DNA of 64,000 nt from Desulfobacterales bacterium (GTDB taxonomy: Bacteria; Desulfobacterota; Desulfobacteria; Desulfobacterales; UBA2174). The stretch is from assembly GCA_963668645.2 (NCBI GenBank), contig CAXXWC010000006.1:32001-96000 (forward strand), read 5' to 3'. Below are positions 20,839 to 30,786 of the stretch, in pieces (positions within the stretch are counted from its first letter, which is position 1; every line of letters begins with the position of its first letter). The notes under the pieces are model-generated. The model did not search any database. It was given only the letters and a program-made list of their open reading frames with translations, and was not told where the DNA came from. Position numbers and translations under genes: made by a program.

Positions 20839-21172
20839 CTCTTTAGCGCTTTCGAAAATCCGTTTGCGTTGCTGCGAATCAAAAAAGCTTCGGGGGCAAC
20901 CGAGCTCTATCCACTGGTGATGGACCGGGAAAATACCTTAAATGCACTTTGTTAGGCAACACCGTTTCCATTCGGCGGCCTTGACCAACCCGGCGGTATG
21001 CAAAACGGCACTGGCCGCTGCAACCTTGACTGTCGATATGCCGAAGATCAAAAAGCAGGCTTTCTTTGTCGTCCTGCCGGCCCGTTACCGGGCGGACACG
21101 ATCAAGTCGCTTTACAAACCAGGGAGGCTGGTTGTAAGATTCCGATTTGAAGGTCCGATAAAAATATCCATA

Positions 21173-21313
21173 GTATCCGTCCATAAATGGAGATTTTTGG
21201 TTCCTGGCAAGGCCCGAGCGATTTTTCAACCGGAGCAATAGCCCGCTATTTGGAGGATTGGAAACGAGCGAAAACGCCGCCAGCGCCGAAAGGTGCCGTT
21301 TATGGATACACAC
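21173..21313. mobile_element. MITE-like element, family A, copy 1
   Basis: Highly similar to 46102-46243; imperfect terminal inverted repeats; flanked by tccata/tcccta (5/6 duplication). Confidence 0.75.
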
Positions 21314-21339
21314 TCCCTAACAGTTTGGGGACCCTCCTT

Positions 21340-21908
21340 ATGGCCGCCAACACGTCCATACCTATCATAGAATCCGTCGGCAGCCGGCTGCGCCATGCCC
21401 GCCAAGCCCAAAAAATGACCCTGCGCAGCCTGGCCCGTCAGGTCGGGTGCTCGGAAAGCCTGCTGTCGAAATCGAAAACGGCAAGGGCAACCCCCCTTTA
21501 AGTACCCTCCACGATCTGACCCGCGCGCTGGATATAAGCATCAGCTCCCTGTTCGCCGAAGAGAACCATCCCGAAGTGGCGATCTATCGCCAGGGTGAAC
21601 GGCCGCTGCTGCCCACCTCGCGCACCGTGACCCTCGAAGCCTTGATTCCCCACAGCGAGCGCCACAAGCTTCAGGCCAACATTCACATCATCGCCCCCAA
21701 GGGCCACCCTAGGGGCCAGTATGCCCATGAAGGAGAAGAGGCCGGCTACATCCTCTGCGGCCAGCTCAAGCTGGTGGTCAACGGAACGTCCTATCTTCTT
21801 TCCAAGGGAGACTCTTTCTCGTTTCGCTCGGACCTGATCCACAGCTACGAGAACCCCGGCCCCACCGAAACCCGGGTGCTCTGGGTCAATACCCCGCCGA
21901 CCTTCTGA
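21340..21908 (+). pseudogene. XRE-HTH + cupin transcriptional regulator, frameshifted
   Basis: HTH (RLRHARQAQKMTLRSLARQVGCSESLLSK) and IENGKGNP..cupin lie in different frames; one A is missing at about 21468-21471. Confidence 0.8.
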
Positions 21909-22005
21909 TTTCCGTGACAGGCCGCCGCCTGATGAACACGGCACCCCGTTGTACCCGTTTTTTCCGGCACCGTTTTTTACATTCTTGTAATTCTTCAATC
22001 CGATG

Positions 22006-22226
22006 ATTCTTCATCGCGCCGTTGACCGGCGGGGTGTCGGCCAACGGGCTCGGGGGGCGCAACTCCGCCGAACTGGCGGTGGAATTGAAAAACGCCGACC
22101 CGGCGGCCAAGTACCACTACGAGCTGGAAATCCTGGACGACGAATGCAAGGCCAACATCGGCGTACAGGTGGCCACCAAACTGTCGGCCGACCGACCGCC
22201 AGGTGGTGGGCGCCGCAGCCCCACTA
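22006..22226 (+). pseudogene. N-terminal remnant of a branched-chain amino-acid ABC substrate-binding protein
   Basis: FIAPLTGGVSANGLGGRNSAELAV...LDDECK; no start codon or signal peptide; ends at the livF RBS. Confidence 0.7.
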
Positions 22227-22238
22227 GGGGGAGGCCGC

Positions 22239-22949
22239 ATGAAAAAACCGCTGACCGTCGAACAGATCTACACCGCCTACGACAAGGCGGACGTGCTCAT
22301 CGGCGTCTCGCTCACCGTAGCGCCGGTCAGCATCACCTGCCTGCTCGGCTCCAACGGCTCGGGCAAGACCACCCTGATCCGTTCCATATTGGGCTTGACC
22401 CCGCCGCGCCAGGGACGTATTGCCTTTGAAGGGTGGACCATCAACGGCCGGCCCACGCACCAGATCGTATCCCGGGGCATCGCCTGCATTCCCGAGGGGC
22501 GCAAGGTCTTTGCCGCCATGAGCGTGGAGAAGAACCTTCGGGTCGGCGCCTATCTGGAAAACTCCACCATCATGGTCAAACGCCGGCTGGCCGAGGTCTA
22601 AGGGCTGTTCCCGCGCCTTTACGAAAAGCGCACCCAGCTCGCCGGCACCCTTTCGGGCGGCGAGCAGGCCATGGTCTCCATGGGCCGCGGGCTGATGAGC
22701 GAACCGAAGCTGCTTCTCATCGACGAGCCGAGCCTGGGGCTTTCGCCGGCCCTGATGATCCAGAACTTCGAGATCATCCGGACCATCAACCAGAACGGGA
22801 CCACGGTGTTTCTCGTCGAGCAGAACGTCCACCAGACTTTGGCCATCGCCGACTACGGCTACGTGCTGAGCCAGGGAAAGGTGGTGGCCCAGGGCAGCGC
22901 CGAAGCGCTGCACAACGATCCGGAAGTCAGCCGGGCCTACTTTGGCTGA
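22239..22949 (+). pseudogene. livF: LivF-type ABC ATPase with an in-frame stop
   Basis: GSNGSGKTT...PEGRKVF, then TAA at 22599-22601, then the same frame continues LFPRL..LSGGEQ..DEPSLGL. Confidence 0.85.
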
Positions 22950-23000
22950 GCGCCGCAACGATCCATCGGCAACGGCAACAAGAAAGGACAACCGATTCCC

Positions 23001-24080
23001 ATGACGGTGCTATCTCCAGCGGTGGCGTTGACGCGCCGGCTCATCGCCCTGGATACCAGAGACCCGGAAGGCAACGAGGCCGAGTGCATCGCGCTTCTTG
23101 GCCGCATCCTGAAAGAGGCCGGCTTCAATGTCACCACCACCTCCTTTGCCGACCATCGCCCCAGCATAGTGGCGCACCTGGGCCCGGGGCGGCGGCCCGC
23201 CCTGGGCTTTGCCGGCCACGCGGACACCGTGCCGTTGGGCACGGCCCCCTGGCACCACGACCCGTTCGGCGGCCTGATCCTTGACGGCCGGCTCTACGGC
23301 CGCGGCACCGGCGAGGACCTGATCGTGATCATCGTCTCCGGCGAGGAAACCGGCTGCCGCGGATCGCGCCACCTGGCAACACAGCCCGCCATCCTCGGCA
23401 GGGCCGGAGGCCTGATCGTGGCCGAGCCGACGGGCAACTACCCGCTGGTGGGCCACAAGGGGGCACTGTGGCTGTCGGCGGCCCTTGGCGGCCGCACGGC
23501 CCATGGCTCGATGCCCGAACAGGGCGACAATGCCGTCTACAAAGCCGCTGCCGCCGTAGAACGCCTGCGGGGCTTCGACTTTGCCGTCGCCCCCCACCCG
23601 GTCCTCGGCAGACCGACGTACAACGTAGGCTACATCCACGGCGGGCTCAACATCAATTCTGTACCCGATTCAGCCGAAATCGGCATCGATATCCGCACCC
23701 TGCCGGGCATGGACCACAAGGCCCTGGCGGGCCGGATCGGCCGTTGGATAGGGCCCGATGCAACCCTGGGCACCCTGCTGGACGTCGAGGCCATCTGGAC
23801 CGACCCCGGACCTGCCCTGGATCCAGGCGGTCTACGACGCGACGGCGCCTTTTCTTGGCCGCAGGCCGGAGCCGCGCGCCGCTCCCTATTTTACCGACGG
23901 GGCGCCGCTGCGGGCCGCTTACGGCGGAGTGCCCACGCCTCATCCTCGGACCGGGCGAGCCGGCCATGGCCCACCGGACGGACGAATCCTGCCCGGTGGC
24001 CAATATCGACGCGGCAACGGCCCATCTACCAGCTCATCGGCGAAAACTGGTACGGCCTGCCGCCGGCGGCCGCCGGCTAA
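23001..24080 (+). pseudogene. ArgE/DapE-like M20 peptidase, degenerate
   Basis: GHADTVP, GEETG, AHGSMP present; the DMK motif after LYGRG is deleted; three single-C insertions near 23805, 23938 and 24022. Confidence 0.75.
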
Positions 24081-24284
24081 GCGGCGCCTTCGTTTGCCGC
24101 TGCGATCGCATCGTTGCCGGCAAACCGGCCTACCGCGTCTTCGTACCGGGGGCCTTCAAGCGGGAAAGGATTCTGGCCGAGATGGCCGCCCGCGGTCGAG
24201 GCACGGATTGGTCCGCCAGAGGCATGGCGACGACGCATTCATCCCATGACCGCCAGATCCGCGGCAGCGGGACGCGAGCCTCGT

Positions 24285-25697
24285 TCAGCCCGCATCGATG
24301 GCCGCGCGGCGGCCAGCGATGCGGCCGAATACCAGACAATCGGTGATGGCGCAGGTGCCCAGCCGACAGGCCCCGTGGATGCCTCCGGTGATCTCGCCGG
24401 CGGCATAGAGTCCAGCCATGGGCCGGCCGGACAGGTCGAGGACCCGGGCCTGGGGATCGATGAGAATCCCGCCCATAGTGTAATGCGTCTTGGGCCAGAC
24501 GCGCATGCCGTAATAGGGCGGATGGCTCACCGGGGCAGCATTTTCCAGAGCCGGTTTGCCCCACTCGTCAACGGCCTGGCCGGCCACGGCGGCATTGAAG
24601 CGTGCGACGGTCTCGGCCAGCGATGCTGCCGGAATTTCGAATCCGGCAGCCAGGGCCTCCAAGCTGTCGAAGGCGCGCACCACCCCTCGCGCCATGCTGC
24701 GGCGCACGTCGGTCTGCGAGACCCGCACCCCTTCGGCATCGGCGATCACCACGGCCGGGTGGCCTATGGCCAGCATGGCGTCGGCCCGGGTCTTGCGGTC
24801 GGCCAGTTCGTTGACGAAACGCCGGCCGGTGCCCGGATCGACCATCATCCCGTAAGGCTGGCCGGCATAGCTGGCAAAGTTGGGACCAACGCCGAACCCT
24901 TTTTCGTCGGACGAGGTCCAGGGACCGAGCTGAATCCAGGAAAGATGCACCGGCATGGCGCCGCAACGCAAGGCGGCCTGCAGCACCTCGGCAGTGGCGT
25001 AGGTCTTGTTGGTGGTATCCACGGCAGCGTCGAGCCGCGGGTCCTGGGCCCGGCGGAAATCGATATCGGCGCCGAACCCGCCAGCGGCCAGCACCACGGC
25101 CCGCCGGGCGCCAATGGTCACCGGCCGGCCGGTGTCGTTGCCTCCGTAGCGAAAACCCTCGAGGGCGCGCACTGCGACGATGCGGCCGGCGCTGTCGGCT
25201 GCCAGGCCGGTCAGACGGCAGCGCGTACGGAAATGGATGTTCAGTTCGCGCACCCGGGCGAGCATCCGTTTGTAGATGTCTGCCCCGGTGCGCCTCTGCG
25301 GGGTATGCGAACGGGGTACGCTGTGGCCGCCGAAACGGTCGATGCGGTCGCGAAAGACCACACTGAGTTCTTCAATGGCCCAATCAAGGACCGCGGCCGA
25401 TTGTTGAGCCACGGTGAGCACCAGGTCTGGTTGGTTGAGCCCCTGGCCGGCCCGGCACATGTCGGCCGCCATCTTTTCGGGGCTGTCCTCGATGCCGGCA
25501 GCCTTCTGGAAGCGGGTTCCGGCCGCGGCCATGACCCCGTCGCTGATTACCGAGTTGCCGCCGCATCCGGCCATTTTTTCCAACACCAGCACCGACGCCC
25601 CGGAGCGGTGGGCCTCGATGGCGGCTGCCAACCCGGCAAAGCCGCTGCCGACCACGATCACGTCCGCCCACAGGTCCGGCGGCCCAGTATTTCCCAT
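24285..25697 (-). CDS. Flavocytochrome c-type FAD oxidoreductase (fumarate/enoate reductase flavoprotein family)
   Basis: VVGSGFAG, GGHSVPR, THYTMGG, GLYAAGE, HGACRLG; no signal peptide or CxxCH. Confidence 0.85.
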   Translation of the reverse strand: MGNTGPPDLWADVIVVGSGFAGLAAAIEAHRSGASVLVLEKMAGCGGNSVISDGVMAAAGTRFQKAAGIEDSPEKMAADMCRAGQGLNQPDLVLTVAQQSAAVLDWAIEELSVVFRDRIDRFGGHSVPRSHTPQRRTGADIYKRMLARVRELNIHFRTRCRLTGLAADSAGRIVAVRALEGFRYGGNDTGRPVTIGARRAVVLAAGGFGADIDFRRAQDPRLDAAVDTTNKTYATAEVLQAALRCGAMPVHLSWIQLGPWTSSDEKGFGVGPNFASYAGQPYGMMVDPGTGRRFVNELADRKTRADAMLAIGHPAVVIADAEGVRVSQTDVRRSMARGVVRAFDSLEALAAGFEIPAASLAETVARFNAAVAGQAVDEWGKPALENAAPVSHPPYYGMRVWPKTHYTMGGILIDPQARVLDLSGRPMAGLYAAGEITGGIHGACRLGTCAITDCLVFGRIAGRRAAIDAG

Positions 25698-25826
25698 GAT
25701 TCTTCCTCTCTTGCCCGATGCAGGGCAGGATCAAATTGCGGGGTAACTTCCGGCCGGCCGCATACTTGCCAAACCGAGGCCATGCGTAGACAAGAGGCCT
25801 TATTGGCCGCTTTCATGATGCGGTGC

Positions 25827-25866
25827 AAAAAGTGCCGCCGGGCCGCACAATGTCCGGCCCGGCGGC
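25827..25866 (-). terminator. Intrinsic terminator after the HisD-like gene
   Basis: 12-bp stem gccgccgggccg/cggcccggcggc followed on the minus strand by a T-run. Confidence 0.65.
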
Positions 25867-25874
25867 AAGCCGGC

Positions 25875-27149
25875 TCAGGAGCCGAACTTTCGCAGCCGGA
25901 TGGTGGCGGCGTTGCGGTGGGCGTCCATCTTCTCGAAGGTCGACTGGGTTTCGGCGTACTTGGCCAGCATCATCGAGGTGGCCAAGTCGACCTGCTGATG
26001 GGTGATTACCTTGAGGTACATCCCGACCCACAGGCCTCCTGTATAGCGCGCCGCCCGCCCCGTGGGCAGGCTGTGGTTGGTGCCGGCGATCTTGTCGGCG
26101 TACACCTCGGCGGTCAGCTCGCCGAGAAAAAGCGAGCCGTAGCTGGTCAAGTGCGGCAGCAGAGAGCGCGGTTCGGCGCTGTGAATCTCCAGGTGCTCCG
26201 GAGCATAGTCGTTGGCGTAGTGCGCACAAGCCTCCAGATCCGGGCAGATCACCACCTCCCCGTTGGCCTCCCAAGAAGCACGGGCCACCGCCTCGGTCTC
26301 CAGAACCTTGAGCTGGGTTTCGACCTCGGCCAGGACGGCAGCCCCGAGGGTTTCGGAGGTGGTTACCAGCGAGGCCCGCGCGTTGGGATCGTGTTCGCAT
26401 TGGGCCAGCAGGTCGGCGGCCAGCAGATCGGCTCGGGCTTCGGCGTCGGCGATGATCTGTACCTCGCTGGGTCCGGCGAGAAAATCGATGCCGCAGGTGC
26501 CGAAGATCTGCCGTTTGGCCTCGTGGACGTACTGGTTGCCCGGTCCCACGACCAGATCCACCGGGTGGATCGACTCGGTGCCGAAGGCCATGGCGCCGAT
26601 GGCCTGAGCCCCGCCCAGGCAGTAGATTTCATCGACCTGCATCTCGTGCAGGGTGTAAAGGATTCCGTCGTTGATCCCGCCCGTGGGACCCGGCGGGCAG
26701 CAGGCCACGATGCGCCCGACGCCGGCGACCTTGGCCGGCATCACCGACATGACGGCCGCTGAAAGGCAGGGATAGCGCCCGGCCGGCACATAGCACCCGC
26801 AGGAACCCACCGGGATGACCCGATGGCCCATCACCATCCCCGGATAAATTTCCTGTTCGAACTCCGTCAGGTTGGCCTTCTGGGCCTCAGCAAAGGCCCT
26901 GACCTTGTCCATGGCAAAATCGAGTTCCTCGATCACCGCAGCCGGCAGCCGGTCGCGGGCTTTGGCCGATTCTTCCCGCGAGACGCAGAAGGTTTCCGGT
27001 TCGAAGTTGTCGAATTTCTTTTCAAACTCGTGCAGGGCGGCGTCGCCCTCGCGCTTTACCCGATCTAAGATCCCGGCAACGTTATCGGCAAGCGCCTTGC
27101 GGTCCTGCTCGCAAACCGGTTTCGCCATCTTGAGTCGTTTCAACGTCAT
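25875..27149 (-). CDS. Histidinol dehydrogenase-family paralogue (HpsN-like, probably catabolic)
   Basis: GCYVPAGRY, GGAQAI, GPGNQYV, DFLAGPSE, QCEHD, APEHLE; ADKIAGTNH and ARYTGGLWVG instead of the HisD GDY/ARF pattern. Confidence 0.8.
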   Translation of the reverse strand: MTLKRLKMAKPVCEQDRKALADNVAGILDRVKREGDAALHEFEKKFDNFEPETFCVSREESAKARDRLPAAVIEELDFAMDKVRAFAEAQKANLTEFEQEIYPGMVMGHRVIPVGSCGCYVPAGRYPCLSAAVMSVMPAKVAGVGRIVACCPPGPTGGINDGILYTLHEMQVDEIYCLGGAQAIGAMAFGTESIHPVDLVVGPGNQYVHEAKRQIFGTCGIDFLAGPSEVQIIADAEARADLLAADLLAQCEHDPNARASLVTTSETLGAAVLAEVETQLKVLETEAVARASWEANGEVVICPDLEACAHYANDYAPEHLEIHSAEPRSLLPHLTSYGSLFLGELTAEVYADKIAGTNHSLPTGRAARYTGGLWVGMYLKVITHQQVDLATSMMLAKYAETQSTFEKMDAHRNAATIRLRKFGS

Positions 27150-27190
27150 GTCACCTCCAGGTCGTGTCTTTGTATGAATAAATGGTTCTT

Positions 27191-28474
27191 TCAAAAACCG
27201 ATCATCCTCGGAATCGCCAGCGTCAGGGCGGGAATGTAGGTAATGCCGAGCAGCACAACGAACTCCATCAGGATGAACGGATTGACTTCGCGGATCAGTT
27301 CTTCCAAACGCACATTGCCGATAGCCGCTCCGATGAAAAGACCGGAGCCCACCGGTGGCGTGTTGAGCCCCACGAGCAGATTAACGCAGAAAATCAGGCC
27401 AAAATGCAGCGGGTCAATCCCGTAGGAGGCAGCCACCGGAGCAAATATGGGGCCAAAGATGAAAATGGCCGGAAACAGATCGACAACGCATCCGATCAAC
27501 AACAGCATGATGTTGAGCAGAAAAAGGAATATCAGCGGATTGTTGCTGAGCCCGTGCAGCATCTCGGCCATCAGGGACGGCACGTTCTCCGTGGCCAGCA
27601 CGTAGCTGAACAGGTTGCTGGTAGCCAGAAGTAAAAACATGATCGAGCTGACCTTGGCGCTGTTGAAAAATATCCGGCCCAGGTCACTGAGCTTCATCGT
27701 ACGGCAGATTATCAGACAGACCACCAGGGCGTAAGCCGAGGCCGCCGCCGCCGACTCGGTGGCGGTATAGGCTCCGCTGATCACGCCCAGCACGATGAGC
27801 GCCGGCATCACGAGTACCACCGCGCTTCGTCTCACGATCCGCCAAAGCTCCGGCCGCGAGTATGGCTCGGTGCGCTTTTCATAGTTGCGCCGGCGACTGA
27901 TCCAGTAGTTGATCACCATCAGGCCGATCCCGGTGAGCACCCCGGGCATGATCCCGGCCAAAAAAAGACCGCCGATCGAAACGTTGCCCACCGCCAGGGC
28001 ATAAATGACGAAAGTCAGGCTCGGCGGGATGATCGGCCCGATCACGGACGAAGCGATGGTCACGGCCGTGCTGTAAGCCCGGCCGTATCCTTTACCCGAC
28101 ATGGCCGGGATCAGGATCGAACCGATGGCCGTGGTATCGGCCGTTGCCGAACCGGTAATCCCGGCAAAAAAAATGCTGGCCATGATGTTGGTATGGCCCA
28201 GACCGCCACGGATCCGTCCCACCAGCACGTCGGAAAGTTCGGTCAGCGAGCGGGTCATCCCCCCCTGGAGCATGATCTCGCCGGCGAGCACGAACATGGG
28301 AATGGCGCACAGGACAAAGGAGTCGACCCCGGCGAACATGTAGTGGGAAACCAGCATCAGAGGTACGTCCTGGGTCAGCAGGGCGAACATGGAAGCCACG
28401 CCGATGGCAAAAGCGATCGGCATTCCCAGCACGATGAACAAAACAAAGGAGACGGTGAGGATCGCGAGCGTCAT
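27191..28474 (-). CDS. dctM: TRAP transporter large permease
   Basis: AIPMFVLAG, GSATAD, IIPPS, TPPVG. Confidence 0.92.
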   Translation of the reverse strand: MTLAILTVSFVLFIVLGMPIAFAIGVASMFALLTQDVPLMLVSHYMFAGVDSFVLCAIPMFVLAGEIMLQGGMTRSLTELSDVLVGRIRGGLGHTNIMASIFFAGITGSATADTTAIGSILIPAMSGKGYGRAYSTAVTIASSVIGPIIPPSLTFVIYALAVGNVSIGGLFLAGIMPGVLTGIGLMVINYWISRRRNYEKRTEPYSRPELWRIVRRSAVVLVMPALIVLGVISGAYTATESAAAASAYALVVCLIICRTMKLSDLGRIFFNSAKVSSIMFLLLATSNLFSYVLATENVPSLMAEMLHGLSNNPLIFLFLLNIMLLLIGCVVDLFPAIFIFGPIFAPVAASYGIDPLHFGLIFCVNLLVGLNTPPVGSGLFIGAAIGNVRLEELIREVNPFILMEFVVLLGITYIPALTLAIPRMIGF

Positions 28475-28944
28475 TTCGACCTCAATTTGGCGGCGTCTTC
28501 GATCAACAACCGGATGGAAATAAGGATGAACAGCACCCCGCTGATCGGTATGATGGCATAGGGAACGGCCCGCGACAGGCGCAGGGCCCCTGTCTTTAAC
28601 GACATGAGGCAGACCGCCTCACGCCAGCCGCCGACCACCATGACCAGCAAAAAGCCGATCACTACCAGATGCAGGACCACCCGCAGACCGACCGCCAGAC
28701 GCGGCGGGAAGCGATCGACAAAGAAACTCAGCCCCACGTGCTCCCCGCTGCGCAGGGCATAGCCGCCAGCCAGAAACAGCGACCAGACCATGAGAAAACG
28801 GGCGGCCTCCTCGGGCCACGACAGGGCGTCGTTCAAAACGAAACGGCAAAAGACCTGAAGACAGATGACCACCAGAATACCGGCTGTGGCGACGATGATC
28901 ATCGACCGGACCAGGCGATCGCAAAGGTGGATAAACTTTTTCAT
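28471..28944 (-). CDS. dctQ: TRAP transporter small permease
   Basis: Start MKKFIHL; QVFCRF, WPEEAARF, GEHV. Confidence 0.88.
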   Translation of the reverse strand: MKKFIHLCDRLVRSMIIVATAGILVVICLQVFCRFVLNDALSWPEEAARFLMVWSLFLAGGYALRSGEHVGLSFFVDRFPPRLAVGLRVVLHLVVIGFLLVMVVGGWREAVCLMSLKTGALRLSRAVPYAIIPISGVLFILISIRLLIEDAAKLRSK

Positions 28945-29065
28945 GGTATTGCCCCGCTGGCGCCGGCAGTGTGGTCCCCACCCGACGCCAGCCTTCGTCC
29001 TCTTTGGGTTGACCGGTAGGCCGACGGGAAACCGATACCACCGGTTTATCTGTTCCGGGGACGCA

Positions 29066-30112
29066 TCACTTGCCCGATTCGATGCGGGCGATGGCGTCAA
29101 AGGTCTTTTGCACCAGGGCCGCGCCAGCCTTTTCCTTCATCCACGGCATGACGGCTTCATGGGCGGCCTTTTTCAGGCGCGCCTTTTCCGCGGCGGTCAG
29201 CGACACGATCTGTACCCCGTTTTCCTTGAGGGTGTTGATCGAAACCACGCGGTTACGGTAGGTGGCGATGCCGAACTCGGCCGCCGCGGCCATCTGAGCC
29301 CCTTCCTTGACGACCTGCTTGAGGTCGGCCGGCAGGGACTGGTAAAAGCCCTCGTTGATCAGGTAGAGGTTGGCGCATCCCATGCTCATGTCCAGCGTAA
29401 CGTTCTTGGCCACCTCGTAGTATTTCTGGTCGACCATGATGGTCAACGTGTGTCCCAGCCCGTCGATGACGCCGGTCTTGATCGAAGTGTAGATTTCGGC
29501 CCATGAAACCGGGGTGGCCGCCGCCCCGAGCGCCTCCCAGGTCTTGATGGTCAACTGGCTGTTGGGCAGGGTCCTGAGCTTGAGCCCCTTGAGGTCCTCA
29601 ATGCTCTTGACGGGTCGCTTCTTGTTGATGAAGTTGTAAAATCCGTAGGGTGCCGCACCCAGGACCCGAACTCCCATCTCCCTGGCCATCATGTCGTTGA
29701 TTTCCTCAAAGGTCTGGCTTTCGAAGAACTTCTTCATGACCAGTTCGTCGGAAAACAGGTACGGGGTGAACCAGACCTTCATCGGATCATAGGCCCCGGT
29801 GATCGATTCGTCGCCCTGGGCCATCGTGTGAATTCCGAGCTTGAGCCCTTCGAGTAGCTTTTCCGAATCGCCCAGTTGGCTCGACGGATAAATATCTACG
29901 TTGATCTGCCCGTTGCTGGCCGACTCCACGTATTGTTCGAAGGTTTTCCAGCCGAGGGTGTTCGGCCCGTCGGGCGACTCAAGGCAGCCGATCTTCAGAT
30001 GAACGACCTTGGCCGCCGCGCCGGTGGCCGTCATCATCAAGGCGGCCAGGATCAGGACCGCCACCGCCGCGCGCCACTGGGCACAACCCGAACCATTCGA
30101 AAACAGATACAT
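29066..30112 (-). CDS. dctP: TRAP transporter substrate-binding protein
   Basis: GGAG RBS, signal peptide, YPSSQLG, DLKGLKLR, EIYTSIKTGVIDG. Confidence 0.9.
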   Translation of the reverse strand: MYLFSNGSGCAQWRAAVAVLILAALMMTATGAAAKVVHLKIGCLESPDGPNTLGWKTFEQYVESASNGQINVDIYPSSQLGDSEKLLEGLKLGIHTMAQGDESITGAYDPMKVWFTPYLFSDELVMKKFFESQTFEEINDMMAREMGVRVLGAAPYGFYNFINKKRPVKSIEDLKGLKLRTLPNSQLTIKTWEALGAAATPVSWAEIYTSIKTGVIDGLGHTLTIMVDQKYYEVAKNVTLDMSMGCANLYLINEGFYQSLPADLKQVVKEGAQMAAAAEFGIATYRNRVVSINTLKENGVQIVSLTAAEKARLKKAAHEAVMPWMKEKAGAALVQKTFDAIARIESGK

Positions 30113-30182
30113 GTCTCCTCCTCTTTGACCGGTTGGTTTTAAGGTGTTTTGACAAGCCGCAGGCAAAAGAGATATGCCCGCT

Positions 30183-30461
30183 TCAGGAGAGAATGCGGCG
30201 GCCGATTCCTTGCACTCCCAGCACGCCGTCTTCGCTCAATGCGATGACCATGTTCTGGACGTTGCGATTGGTCAGCTTAAACAGCCCGATTCTGTATCCG
30301 GGGCGATCCGATGCGAAGAGCGCGAAATCAACGATCCTGCCGCCGGCCTCTTCGATCGACTGTACGATGGGCCAAACCGGATGGCACACCGGGAAATGGA
30401 CAAACAGTTGAGAACAGGCGCTTTCGGACCGCGCCTCCTGCATGAGCGAATCGAAATCCAT
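30183..30461 (-). CDS. Small hypothetical protein (92 aa), possibly ACT-like fold
   Basis: AGGGA RBS; first ORF after the sigma-54 promoter; alternating strand/helix pattern. Confidence 0.5.
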   Translation of the reverse strand: MDFDSLMQEARSESACSQLFVHFPVCHPVWPIVQSIEEAGGRIVDFALFASDRPGYRIGLFKLTNRNVQNMVIALSEDGVLGVQGIGRRILS

Positions 30462-30527
30462 CAAATCCCTGACAATCTTCCGGCAACCGCGGTACCGAAC
30501 TGCAACGCCTCTTGGGATGAAGTCTAT

Positions 30528-30544
30528 AGCAATTCCCATGCCGG
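30528..30544 (-). promoter_or_regulatory. Sigma-54 -24/-12 promoter of the TRAP/HisD-like operon
   Basis: Minus strand CCGGCATGGGAATTGCT = GG-N10-GC with GGCA...TTGC. Confidence 0.7.
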
Positions 30545-30660
30545 CTCGTGGGCATTCCGAACCGTTTTTAGGCAAAAATTAACCGTTTGTTATCATTCAA
30601 GATAGAAAATAAGATGTGTGATTGCGGTGGGCTTGCAGATATCGGTGGGAAAGGCTTGAA

Positions 30661-30695
30661 TTGCAGATTTGCAGGCCATCGCTGCAAATTTGCAA
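30661..30695. promoter_or_regulatory. Putative enhancer (UAS) for the adjacent activator
   Basis: TTGCA-N4-TGCAG and CTGCA-N4-TGCAA, 21 bp centre to centre, about 120 bp upstream of the -24 element. Confidence 0.6.
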
Positions 30696-30786
30696 TACTC
30701 TCAAGGAATCCGGCTCAATACAAAAATATATGATTTTACAGTCAGATAGAAAGTATTTTGCCGATTGTACCCCCCGGACGGCCCGC

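Noticed and set aside
21460..21480. Programmed frameshift in the XRE regulator
   Set aside because: No slippery heptamer or stimulatory structure is evident; it lies in a decaying block.
22599..22601. In-frame stop in livF as selenocysteine/pyrrolysine recoding
   Set aside because: The codon is TAA, and the neighbouring genes are also broken.
24285..25697. Naming the flavoprotein urocanate reductase (urdA) or placing it in the TRAP operon
   Set aside because: The diagnostic position is Gly rather than the Tyr/Met I recall for UrdA, there is no FMN-binding domain, and a terminator at 25827-25866 separates it from the upstream operon.
25875..27149. Biosynthetic hisD
   Set aside because: No other his genes, a catabolic sigma-54/TRAP context and HpsN-type motif changes.
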